64,000 bases of DNA from an uncultured Acidobacteriota bacterium (GTDB taxonomy: Bacteria; Acidobacteriota; Terriglobia; Bryobacterales; UBA6623): assembly GCA_963817465.1 (NCBI GenBank), contig CAWFOP010000021.1, positions 18,803 through 82,802 on the forward strand, given 5' to 3'. Within the stretch, counting starts at the first letter, position 1. The number at the start of each line of letters is the position of its first letter. The notes under the pieces are model-generated. The model was not told the origin of the DNA. It saw only the letters and a list, made by a program, of their open reading frames with translations, and did not search any database. Positions 38,573 to 47,503 of this stretch are shown one piece after another. The position numbers were made by a program, and so were the translations under genes.

Positions 38573-39868
38573 ATGCAGCTTTACAACAAGATTTTGATCG
38601 GACTCGTAGCCGGCGCAGTCGTCGGCGCCGCCTCCAGCGCCCTTCATCTGGTCCCCCTGCAGCACGCTCTGGCCGCCCTCGACCCATTCGGCAAGGCGTT
38701 CATTCGAGCGCTGACGATGATCGTCGTCCCGCTGGTGACGGCCAGCTTGATTCTCGGCGCCGCTTCATTGGGCGATGTCACCAAACTCGGACGGATCGGC
38801 GGCAAGACCTTCGCCTACTACATGATGACGACCGTGCTGGCCGTGTCGCTCGGCCTGCTGCTGTCGAACGTCTTCCTGCCCGGCAGCGGCATCGACGACG
38901 CCACGCGCGACTCGCTGGCGGCCCAGTTCCAGGGACAAGCGCAGGGTTCAATGAAGATGGCCGCGGAGGCGCCCTCGATCGTCAACGTCCTGCTCGACGT
39001 CATTCCCAGCAATCCGGTCGCGGCGGCGGCGAATTTCCAGATGCTGCCGCTGATCTTTTTCTCCGTGATCTTAGGGGCCGCGATCAGCACGCTGCCCGAG
39101 TCGAAGCGCACGCCGACGCTGCATGTCGTGGACGGGGTCAATGAGGCCTCGATGGTCATCATCGGCTGGATCATGAAGACCGCTCCCTACGCCGTCTTCA
39201 TACTGATCGCGTCGGCGACAGCCCAGTTCGGGCTCGACTTGCTGCGCAGCCTGATGTGGTATGCCTTCGTCGTCGTGCTGGGCATGGCGCTGCATCTTTT
39301 CGGCACGATCTCGTTCATGGTTCGGTTCTTGGCGAAGATGAACCCGATCGATTTCTTCAAGCGCATCAAGGCCGTCCCTGTCTTTGCGTTCTCCACCTCG
39401 TCGTCCAACGCGACGCTGCCGGTGACCATCTCCACCGCTGAAAGCAAGCTCGGCATGTCGAAGGAGATTGCGAGCTTCGTGCTGCCGCTCGGCGCGACGA
39501 TCAACATGGATGGAACAGCCCTCTATCAGGCCGTCGCCGTCATGTTCATTGCGCAGATCTACGGCATTCCGCTCGACCTCAACGCCCAGTTGACCGTCGT
39601 GCTGACCGCCACGCTGGCTTCGGTGGGCACGGCCGGCGTGCCCGGCGCCGGCATCATCATGCTGATCATCGTGCTGCAATCGGTCGGCATGGGCGATAAG
39701 GTGGAGGCTGGCATTGCGCTCATCCTCGGCGTCGACCGCTTGCTCGATATGATTCGCACCGTAGTGAATGTCTGCGGAGATCTCTCCTGTGCGGCCTTCG
39801 TCGCCCGCTCGGAAGGCGAGACTCTCGCGCCCGAAGCCCTTCCGGCCATGTCGACCGTTTCTGAATGA
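38573..39868 (+). CDS. Dicarboxylate/amino acid:cation symporter (DAACS/GltP family)
   Basis: The pattern LTMIVVPLV..SLI.G..., ...SSSNATLPV, ...GATINMDGTA, ...VDRLLDM.RT..NV.GD is typical of the SDF family. Confidence 0.85.
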   Translation: MQLYNKILIGLVAGAVVGAASSALHLVPLQHALAALDPFGKAFIRALTMIVVPLVTASLILGAASLGDVTKLGRIGGKTFAYYMMTTVLAVSLGLLLSNVFLPGSGIDDATRDSLAAQFQGQAQGSMKMAAEAPSIVNVLLDVIPSNPVAAAANFQMLPLIFFSVILGAAISTLPESKRTPTLHVVDGVNEASMVIIGWIMKTAPYAVFILIASATAQFGLDLLRSLMWYAFVVVLGMALHLFGTISFMVRFLAKMNPIDFFKRIKAVPVFAFSTSSSNATLPVTISTAESKLGMSKEIASFVLPLGATINMDGTALYQAVAVMFIAQIYGIPLDLNAQLTVVLTATLASVGTAGVPGAGIIMLIIVLQSVGMGDKVEAGIALILGVDRLLDMIRTVVNVCGDLSCAAFVARSEGETLAPEALPAMSTVSE

Positions 39869-40728
39869 ACTTCGAATCGCTTGATACCGCCTGGCCGCTC
39901 AGCAAGATCGTCGCATCCGCCGGCCTGATTTTCGTCATCTGGCTGGTCCGCAGCACGCTCGCGCGGCTGATGCTGCGCCAAAGCTCGCCGTCCGAGCTGC
40001 GCCGCCGCTGGCTCGTCAACCTGCGCAACGCGGCGTTGATGATCGCGCTGTTCGGCTTGATCGCGATTTGGCTCTCCGACCTGCACAACCTGGTGCTCTC
40101 ATGGGCCGCCGTCGCCGTCGCCCTGGTCGTCGCCGGCAAGGAGTTTCTCCTTTGCATCACCGGTTCCGTGCTGAGGATGACGACCAACGCTTTCTCCGTC
40201 GGCGACCGCATCGAGGTCACCGGATATCGCGGCGACGTGATCGATATCACTCCCTTCACGACGACCATCTTGGAAGTCGGGCCCGGCCGCGCCTTCCATC
40301 TGCGCACCGGTCGCGCCGTCCAAATCCCGAACAGCATCTACCTGACGCAGGCGGTGATCAACGAGTCGTTCATGAAGAGCTACGCCGTCCATGCGTTCTC
40401 GGTGCCGCTGAAGATGGACCAGGATTGGCGGAGCGCCCAAGCGATCCTGCTGGAGGCGGCGCACGAGGAGTGCGCGCCGTACATCGAAGACGCCCGCCGC
40501 TACATGCAGCGGCTCGAAGAAGCTCACGCGCTGACCGGTTTGCCTATGAGCCCGCGCGTCTCGGTGCAGCTCGCCGAAGCGGACAAGATCAACCTGCTCG
40601 TGCGGTTGCCGGTCAAGATCAGCCAGCAGGGCCCGTCGGAGCAGAATGTGCTGCGCAAGTTCCTCGAGCGTTTCAGGCCGGCGCCAGGAGGGTCCGCCGT
40701 CGAGTCGCTGCAATCCGACGCGGACTGA
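39865..40728 (+). CDS. Small mechanosensitive channel (MscS family)
   Basis: 3 TM segments followed by FSVGDRIEV.GYRGDVIDI....T.I. ATGA overlap with the upstream symporter gene. Confidence 0.75.
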   Translation: MNFESLDTAWPLSKIVASAGLIFVIWLVRSTLARLMLRQSSPSELRRRWLVNLRNAALMIALFGLIAIWLSDLHNLVLSWAAVAVALVVAGKEFLLCITGSVLRMTTNAFSVGDRIEVTGYRGDVIDITPFTTTILEVGPGRAFHLRTGRAVQIPNSIYLTQAVINESFMKSYAVHAFSVPLKMDQDWRSAQAILLEAAHEECAPYIEDARRYMQRLEEAHALTGLPMSPRVSVQLAEADKINLLVRLPVKISQQGPSEQNVLRKFLERFRPAPGGSAVESLQSDAD

Positions 40729-40819
40729 ACGTTTCGGAAGGCACAATAATGAGCCGCCGGAATCAGACGCGTCCCAAAAGTTCTCAACAACGCCCGCGAG
40801 CCGGCAAACAGAGCCGCGC

Positions 40820-41165
40820 CCGTGAGAGTCTGTGTGAAAACGCGGGCGCGACCTCGTCCGGAGGACGAAGCAATGGATAGCCCCGGGTGGAGCGTAGCGC
40901 AACCCGGGGTCTTAAAACGCGATCCAAGACAATCTTTCCAATACTTTCCGCTCCGCTCGATCCGTCGGCTCAACACGAGCATCTCGTTTTCACACAGGTC
41001 CGTGAGGGTGCGTCCCAAAAGTCCAGCGGACGTTTTCGGTTGCTCGAAAAACCCTCCCTTTTTACGGTCAGGGCTTACGCTTCGCGGTTGTCGTTGCGGA
41101 TGGGCCGTCCGCTAAAGAGCCTGTGTGAAAACGAGACCCCGGGTTCCGCTATGCGTCCGGGCTGT
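40820..41165. repeat. Intergenic dispersed repeat, copy 2: complete MITE-like unit with 13-nt terminal inverted repeats, a second repeat module and a truncated third unit
   Basis: CTGTGTGAAAACG at 40830-40842 and its reverse complement CGTTTTCACACAG at 40985-40997 bound a 168-bp unit. An internal 8-bp stem pairs CCCCGGGT (40881-40888) with ACCCGGGG (40902-40909). CTGTGTGAAAACG occurs again at 41121-41133. Confidence 0.85.
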
Positions 41166-41188
41166 GACCCGCGCGGCGAACTGCTAGG

Positions 41189-42247
41189 ATGGCTCTTTCG
41201 ATGAAGCCGAAAGCCTTCAGTCAACAGGTCAAGGCGGGCAAGCTCGAGTCCGGCTACCTGTTCGTCGGGCCCGAGCTGTTCTTCCGCGACCGTTGTCGCA
41301 AGACGTTGCGGCAAGCCGTGCTCGGCGACGACGACGAAGGCTTCGTCGAGATCGACTTCAGGGATAAATCCATCGCCGACTTGCTCGACGAAACGCGCAG
41401 CCTCTCGCTGTTCGTGACCTCGCGGCTGATCGTCGGCTCCAACGTCGAGCTGGCCCTGCCCAAGGGCGGACGCTCGAAAGAAGGCGATGCCGACAAGACC
41501 GCGCTGGCCGACTACTTCAAGAGCCCCACGCCCGGAGTCGTCGTCGCTTTCGAGTCGACGCGGCTCGATCCCAGCGAACGCGACGACAAGTCCAAAATCG
41601 ATCGCCTGCTCAAATTCTTCGCCGCCGTGCCGGCGACCGTCGAAATGGATCGCCTCAGCGCGCATGACGCCCTGCGCGCCGGCGTCGCTCTCGCCAAGCA
41701 GCGCGAGCTCGACATCGAGCACGACGCGTTGACCGACCTCGTCGACATGCTGGGCGGCGACTTGGCTCGCCTCGACAACGAGCTCGAGAAGCTGGCTTTG
41801 TTCGCCGAGTCCGGTCGCCCGATCACCCAAAAAGAGATCGAGCTGCTCGTGCCCGAGGCGCGACAGTCGGGCGTCTTCGAGCTCTCCGACGCGCTGGGCC
41901 GGAAGGACCGCGCCCGCGCTCTCGAGACGCTCGATACGCTGGCGAAATCGGGCGTCTACTGGCCGATGCAGTTGACTATGCTCGCCGGGCTGTTCCGCCA
42001 GGCGCTCGCTGTGTGCGACCTCGGCAGCCGCAATCCCCAGCAGGTCTCCGCGCAACTGTCGCAGCACGGCGCGCGCGTATGGCCCAGCCGGGCGCGACAG
42101 CTCATCGACATCGCCGGACAGTTCAGCCGCGACCAGCTCGAGCGAGCCCTCGTCGCGCTCCACCAAACCGACTGCGACTTGCGCCGCGAGCGGCCCGAGG
42201 ACCGCATGATCATCGAAATGCTCGTGCTCGACCTGACGGCGCAATAG
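41189..42247 (+). CDS. holA: DNA polymerase III delta subunit
   Basis: About 350 aa. The opening ...YLF.GPE.F... and the length and helical C-terminal domains fit HolA. An alternative start is M5 (41201). Confidence 0.7.
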   Translation: MALSMKPKAFSQQVKAGKLESGYLFVGPELFFRDRCRKTLRQAVLGDDDEGFVEIDFRDKSIADLLDETRSLSLFVTSRLIVGSNVELALPKGGRSKEGDADKTALADYFKSPTPGVVVAFESTRLDPSERDDKSKIDRLLKFFAAVPATVEMDRLSAHDALRAGVALAKQRELDIEHDALTDLVDMLGGDLARLDNELEKLALFAESGRPITQKEIELLVPEARQSGVFELSDALGRKDRARALETLDTLAKSGVYWPMQLTMLAGLFRQALAVCDLGSRNPQQVSAQLSQHGARVWPSRARQLIDIAGQFSRDQLERALVALHQTDCDLRRERPEDRMIIEMLVLDLTAQ

Positions 42248-42257
42248 GAGGATCGTT

Positions 42258-43460
42258 TTGAGCAAGAAATTAGGGCGTAGGGAAGTTCTTGGCTCGCTGG
42301 CGGGCCTGCTGGCCGCCTGCGGCGCGGCGCCGGCGCCCGAGCGGAAGACGGAAAATGCGGCGCTGGCCCTAGCCGACTACCAGCCGGACAGCAAGCTCGT
42401 CGCCCCTGTGACCGACATCGAGCAGGCGCGTTTTCCCGTCATTGACGTCCATGCCCATGTCGCCTTTTCTTCCGGCCTCCGCAAGGCGACCGACCCCGAC
42501 GCCAAGCCCCGTCTGCCTTCCCAAGAGCAACTCCAGCAGATCGTCAAGTGGATGGACGAGCTGAACCTCCAAACCATGGTCAACCTGACCGGCGGCTGGG
42601 GCGACGAACTTGAGCGGATCATCGAGTACTTCAGGTCGGCGCCGGAAGGTAAGTTCGTCGTGTGCGCCGAGCCGGCCTGGATAAAGGTCTCCGAGCCCGA
42701 TTACCCCGAGTGGCAAGCGAAACAGCTCGAGGCCGACCGCGCGGCCGGGGCCGTGGGCGTCAAAGTCCTCAAGACCCTCGGCCTTTATCTGCGCGAGGAC
42801 GGCAAGCTCGTCGCCATCGACGACCGGCGCTTCGACCCCATGTGGGAAGCGGCCGGCCGTCTCGGCATGCCGATTTTCATCCACACCGCCGACCCCGACG
42901 CTTTCTTCGACCCGATCGACCCTCACAACGAGCGCTGGGAAGAGCTCGCGGCGCACCCGGACTGGTCGTTCCACGGCGGCGATTTCCCGTCAAAGGCGGA
43001 CTTGCTGGCGGCGCGCAATCGCGTCGTCGAGCGCCATCCCAATACGCAGTTCGTCGGCTTGCACGTCGCCAATCATCCGGAAAATTTGGAGGAAGTGTCG
43101 TCGTGGCTCGAGAAGTACCCGAACCTGTCGGTCGAAATCGGCGCCCGCCTGGGCGAGTTGGGTCGCCAGCCGCGAGCCGCCCGTCGCTTCTTCGAGCGTT
43201 ACCCGGACCGCATCCTGTTCGGCACCGACGCGATTCCGCTGCCTGACGGCGCCCATTACCCGCAGCAGACCCTTGAGCCGAAGATGTACCAGGCGTATTT
43301 CCGATTCCTCGAAACCGCGGACGAATACTTCGACTACTCGCCCGCGCCGACCCCGCCGCAAGGCCGTTGGAAGATTTCAGGGATCGGCTTGCCGGATGAG
43401 ATCTTGAAAAAGGTGTATCACGACAACGCGGCGCGCTTGTTGCGCTTGAGTGCGCTGTGA
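42258..43460 (+). CDS. Amidohydrolase-family (TIM-barrel metal-dependent hydrolase) lipoprotein/exported protein
   Basis: Tat/lipoprotein-like N-terminus RREVLGSLAGLLAACG. VIDVHAHV, IHTADP and FGTD motifs (amidohydrolase_2-like). Confidence 0.7.
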   Translation: MSKKLGRREVLGSLAGLLAACGAAPAPERKTENAALALADYQPDSKLVAPVTDIEQARFPVIDVHAHVAFSSGLRKATDPDAKPRLPSQEQLQQIVKWMDELNLQTMVNLTGGWGDELERIIEYFRSAPEGKFVVCAEPAWIKVSEPDYPEWQAKQLEADRAAGAVGVKVLKTLGLYLREDGKLVAIDDRRFDPMWEAAGRLGMPIFIHTADPDAFFDPIDPHNERWEELAAHPDWSFHGGDFPSKADLLAARNRVVERHPNTQFVGLHVANHPENLEEVSSWLEKYPNLSVEIGARLGELGRQPRAARRFFERYPDRILFGTDAIPLPDGAHYPQQTLEPKMYQAYFRFLETADEYFDYSPAPTPPQGRWKISGIGLPDEILKKVYHDNAARLLRLSAL

Positions 43461-43534
43461 ACAACGAGACGAAGCGATAAGCGCGACCCAAGATAATCTT
43501 CAGAAGTCTGAGGCTGTCAAGAGGGCGCGTCCGC

Positions 43535-43735
43535 AACAGGAGTCGTGAAAACGCCGGCGCGACCTCGTCCGGAGGACGAAGCAATTGATAGCCCCGGGTC
43601 GAGCGTAGCGGAACCCGGGGTCCTAAAACGCGTCGATCCCCGTATTCCGCTCCGCTGCATCCGGGGCTGTTCGTTGCCCCGCCCTTGCCGGCGCAACACG
43701 AGCATCTCGTTTTCACACAGGCTCGTGAGGGCGCG
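43535..43735. repeat. Intergenic dispersed repeat, copy 3 (MITE-like unit; right inverted repeat intact, left one has a 3-nt deletion)
   Basis: GAGTCGTGAAAACGCCGGCGCGACCTCGTCCGGAGGACGAAGCAATTGATAGCCCCGGGTCGAGCGTAGCGGAACCCGGGG ... CGTTTTCACACAG (43708-43720). Confidence 0.85.
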
Positions 43736-43804
43736 GTCCTGTGTATGCGCCCGGAGACCAAGCCGGCAGTCCGGAAAGGTCTAGCTCCACCACCCCAAAA
43801 GAAA

Positions 43805-43846
43805 GCCCCGCCTTCCAGGGAAGGCGGGGCGGGTTGTTTTCGATTT
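43805..43846. terminator. Bidirectional intrinsic terminator
   Basis: Perfect 11-bp stem GCCCCGCCTTC / GAAGGCGGGGC with loop CAGG. An A-rich run precedes it and GGGTTGTTTTCGATTT follows. It lies 11 nt from the stop of the minus-strand TBDR. Confidence 0.75.
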
Positions 43847-43856
43847 GCCGGATTCG

Positions 43857-46800
43857 CTACCAGCGCAACCGGGCGCCGTACTGCAACTGGCGTCCGAAGA
43901 AGGCGGACTTCTGCCCGGTGATCTGACCGAATCGGCTGCTCTGGACGTTCGTGTCGACGCCGCCCGCCATGAAGCTGTTCGTCAGGTTGTAGGCCTCCAT
44001 GCGGAATTCGAGCTTCAGACGTTCCGTAAGGTGGAACTGCTTGGCTAACGTGGCGTCGAGGTTGCGGTAGTTCGGACCCGTGAGACCCGAATACTGCCAG
44101 GGGTTCTGCCGCCGCGTGAAGGCCGGCAGAATTTCAAACGCATCGGTGTTGAACATCCGTTCGCGGGTCTGAGTATCGATGACCGGATCGCCGTTTACCT
44201 CCAATGCGCCGAAGCGCAAGAACTCTCCGCTGTAGTACTCATACGAGAAACTCGTCGACCAACCGCCGATGACGCCGTCGACGAGCTTGTTCCAGTTCGC
44301 TCCAAACTTCCGTCCGCGTCCGAACGGGAATTCGTAAATGCCCGAGAAGTTGAACTTGTGGCGGGGATTGTTGTCGGGAATGAGCGTGAAGTTCTGATCG
44401 ACGTTGTCGACGCCGTCGTAGAACTCGTCGTTCTTGCGCACGTTGTAGTTGTAGCCGATCAAGAAGTTGAAGCCGTTGCGGAACGGCTTCTGCGCCTTGA
44501 ACTGGAACGCTTGGTAATGCACGCGGCGTCCCGAGGCCTGCCACTGCCGCAAGTCTCCGTAGTACGGATAAGGCGAGAGCAGAGTGCTGATCGGAACAGT
44601 CGCTTGGTTCCGTAAGCCGCCCGGGAACGTATCGGGCGTCCCGAAGTTGTAGTAGGGGTTGTCGACCCGCTGGTTGATCGTCGAGCCGTTTTGGTAGCCG
44701 AAGCGGGGGTCCAACAGGTTCGGTTCGTATTGATACTGTTGGTTTCCGCCGCGGCTGATGAAGTACGTGAAGTCGAGCACGACGCCGGCGGCCACTTGCC
44801 GTTGCACCGAGAAGTTCATACGGTCGTTGTAGGCGGCCTTCGGCTTCTCGGTGAAGTAGCGGTCTTGGCCCGTACTTCCGAGGGCTGTATACCTTCCCAG
44901 CGATTTGCCCGGGAGCGGCGTCAACGGGTTCTCTCCCGCGGGGAACGGATCGCCGATGAACGCCTGCGGCACGCCCTCGAGGACCGGCAACGGGTTCGAG
45001 TCTTGCTCGAAGCCGGCATAGGGGATGCTGTCGTTGAGGTTGATGCCGCCGTCGTTGTTGATCGACGTCGGAATCATGAAGCGCCCGTAACCGATGCGAA
45101 TCGCGGTCCGGTCGTTCATGCGGTAGGCCAGCCCTGCGCGCGGCATCACCATTATCGGCGGATCGTAGGCGGCTTGGCCCGCGCCGTCGGTGAACCGCCA
45201 GGCGCCCGTATTGCTGGGCTGCGAGCCGCGGATCGCGATCACCGAGTCGGGCAGGATCGGGGCGCCGGCGCCTTGCATCTCCGGGATCGGATCGGTCAGG
45301 TCGAGTTGGCGAGACAAGCGTCCGCGAGCGTCTTTGAGACCGCCGTCGTACTCGACGCGCAGGCCGAGGTTGAACGTCAGCCGTTGCGTCGCCTTGAAGT
45401 CGTCCTGCAGGAAGAACCCGTAGAACGGCACGCGGCCCTTATAAAGCGGCGTCGTCTGGATGCGCGAATCCGAGCCCAACGCTCCCAGCAGCATCGTCGC
45501 CCAGGCGTCGCCCGAAGCGCGCGTGTCGGGATTGATGAACGTGTCCGCCGTCAGGGCCGGCGAAAAGTCGAACTCGAACGGCTGGAAGAAGCCCGTGTTG
45601 CCGATGTAGCTGCGATACTCGCCGCCGAACTTGATGTAGTGCTTGCCCTTTTGCATCGACAGCTTCGAGGACAAGTTCCAGAAGTACGGGGCGGAGAACC
45701 AGTAGTTGCGGCGTCCGAACGAAGACCCCGAGCCGGGCACCTGGACCAAGTAGCCGGGGTAGTAGTTCTGCGGCAGCTCGGCGGCGTAGCTGTTGTACCA
45801 GCTATTGCCAGGCCAAAACGCGTCGTAGTTCTCGAGCTCCGAATCGGGGTCGAGGAACTTGTCGACCGGGCGATTCCAAGACCCGCGGACGTTGAATACG
45901 GTGCTGGGGCTGACCGTCCAGACCATGTCGCCTTGATACGTGTTCGAGTTGCGTTCGCTGCCGCCCGTGCCTTGCGCCGGGGAGTTGGTCACCAGAGGCG
46001 TGGTTTGCGTGGTGTGGAAACGGCTCCAACGGCCGAAAACCTTGACGTTGTCGTTGACGTTCCAGTCTTCGCGCACCAACAAGTTGATGTACTTGAACGG
46101 CTGGCTGAAGGTGTTGCGATAGTTGAACACGCCGCTGGCGTTGTCGCCGGGGCGATTGGGCTCCCACACGTCTTGCATGAGGCGCGCTGATGTCGCGTCG
46201 ATGCGACTGGCGGGAAGGACGTTGTTCGCGAAGCGTTCGCGGGAAACGGCCCCGTCGACGAACTGCGTCGTCATGGGGTCGTAGATCGGACGCAGGGCGC
46301 CTTGAGCCGTCAACGACTGCGAGAAGTCGCCGTTGCGCTCCAACGACGTGGGCAGCGTGCGGTTCAGGCTCGTCGGCGAGCGCTCGTCCTGCCCTTCGTA
46401 GGAGAAGTAGCTAAAAAGCTTGTTCTTGATGATCGGATTGCCCGAGGAGATGCCCCACACGTTGCGCCGAATGACGCTCGGGGAGTTGTTGAACGAGTCG
46501 GCGCGCGCATTCAGCTTCGGGTTGCGGCCAAAGTAGTAGGCCGTGCCGTGAAAGTCGTTCGTGCCCGACTTCATCTGCAAGCTCAGCACGCCGCCGGCCG
46601 AGTGTCCGAACTCGGCGTCGGTCGGGTTCTGCTGCACGTTCAGCTCGCTGACCGCGTCCATCGGGGGAACATAGTTCGTCTTGGGTCCCCAAGTGTTGGA
46701 GGAGCCGTCGACAAGGATTTCGTTCTTGAGCTCAGTGCCGCCGCCCACATCCATGCGGCTGCCGGCCCAGTGGTGGTAAGCGCTGCGCTCCTGCGAGCCG

Positions 46801-47312
46801 CTCGTATAGACCACCTGCGGATCGATCATCGCCAGCAGCAGCGGGTGACGATAGATCATCGGCAGCTCTTCGGTCATCTTGGTGTCGAGCGTCGTTTCCA
46901 TCGTGGTCGTGGTGAACTTGACCGCGACGGGAGCCTCGGTGACAGTGATCGATTCGGTGACCGAGCCGATCTCGAGCGCCGCGTCAACGCTAAGGTCGGA
47001 CCGCGTCTGGACGTGTACGTTTTCCTGCACAAAGGTGCGGAAGCCTTCCGACTCCACTCGAATCGAGTAGTCGCCGGGCAGCACGAAGTCGAACAGATAT
47101 TGCCCCTCCGCGTTGGTCTGTGTCGTGGTTTCGACCGTGGTGCCGACGTTCGTCAACGTGACATGGGCGCCGGGGATAACGCCGCCCGCGCCGTCGGTGA
47201 CTACGCCTTGAACCTTACCCCGCAACTCTTGCGATTGCGCGTTCGGGGCGAGGGCGCAAAAAAGCGTGAAGGCTAACAGTGTGATCCCAAACCGTGTCGG
47301 AATCTGAAACAT
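43857..47312 (-). CDS. TonB-dependent receptor with carboxypeptidase-regulatory-like domain
   Basis: Signal peptide, then GKVQGVVTDGAGGVIPGAHVTLTNVGT...NAEGQYLFDFVLPGDYSIRVE, then plug and barrel, ending ...QLQYGARLRW. Confidence 0.85.
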   Translation of the reverse strand: MFQIPTRFGITLLAFTLFCALAPNAQSQELRGKVQGVVTDGAGGVIPGAHVTLTNVGTTVETTTQTNAEGQYLFDFVLPGDYSIRVESEGFRTFVQENVHVQTRSDLSVDAALEIGSVTESITVTEAPVAVKFTTTTMETTLDTKMTEELPMIYRHPLLLAMIDPQVVYTSGSQERSAYHHWAGSRMDVGGGTELKNEILVDGSSNTWGPKTNYVPPMDAVSELNVQQNPTDAEFGHSAGGVLSLQMKSGTNDFHGTAYYFGRNPKLNARADSFNNSPSVIRRNVWGISSGNPIIKNKLFSYFSYEGQDERSPTSLNRTLPTSLERNGDFSQSLTAQGALRPIYDPMTTQFVDGAVSRERFANNVLPASRIDATSARLMQDVWEPNRPGDNASGVFNYRNTFSQPFKYINLLVREDWNVNDNVKVFGRWSRFHTTQTTPLVTNSPAQGTGGSERNSNTYQGDMVWTVSPSTVFNVRGSWNRPVDKFLDPDSELENYDAFWPGNSWYNSYAAELPQNYYPGYLVQVPGSGSSFGRRNYWFSAPYFWNLSSKLSMQKGKHYIKFGGEYRSYIGNTGFFQPFEFDFSPALTADTFINPDTRASGDAWATMLLGALGSDSRIQTTPLYKGRVPFYGFFLQDDFKATQRLTFNLGLRVEYDGGLKDARGRLSRQLDLTDPIPEMQGAGAPILPDSVIAIRGSQPSNTGAWRFTDGAGQAAYDPPIMVMPRAGLAYRMNDRTAIRIGYGRFMIPTSINNDGGINLNDSIPYAGFEQDSNPLPVLEGVPQAFIGDPFPAGENPLTPLPGKSLGRYTALGSTGQDRYFTEKPKAAYNDRMNFSVQRQVAAGVVLDFTYFISRGGNQQYQYEPNLLDPRFGYQNGSTINQRVDNPYYNFGTPDTFPGGLRNQATVPISTLLSPYPYYGDLRQWQASGRRVHYQAFQFKAQKPFRNGFNFLIGYNYNVRKNDEFYDGVDNVDQNFTLIPDNNPRHKFNFSGIYEFPFGRGRKFGANWNKLVDGVIGGWSTSFSYEYYSGEFLRFGALEVNGDPVIDTQTRERMFNTDAFEILPAFTRRQNPWQYSGLTGPNYRNLDATLAKQFHLTERLKLEFRMEAYNLTNSFMAGGVDTNVQSSRFGQITGQKSAFFGRQLQYGARLRW

Positions 47313-47503
47313 GAATCCCCCTGTGTGTGTTGGTTGAAATCGGCCTCATCACAACGGAACAACCCCGCTGATTTTGGCCGGCAAAGCGAGACAAAGCTAC
47401 GCACTCGTAGCGCATTTTTTATTTGCGCCGCAGAAGGTTAGCGCGGTATACTTCCCGCGGCCAGGGGAATTAACGGTTACCTTACGGGGAACGGTTGGGG
47501 TAG

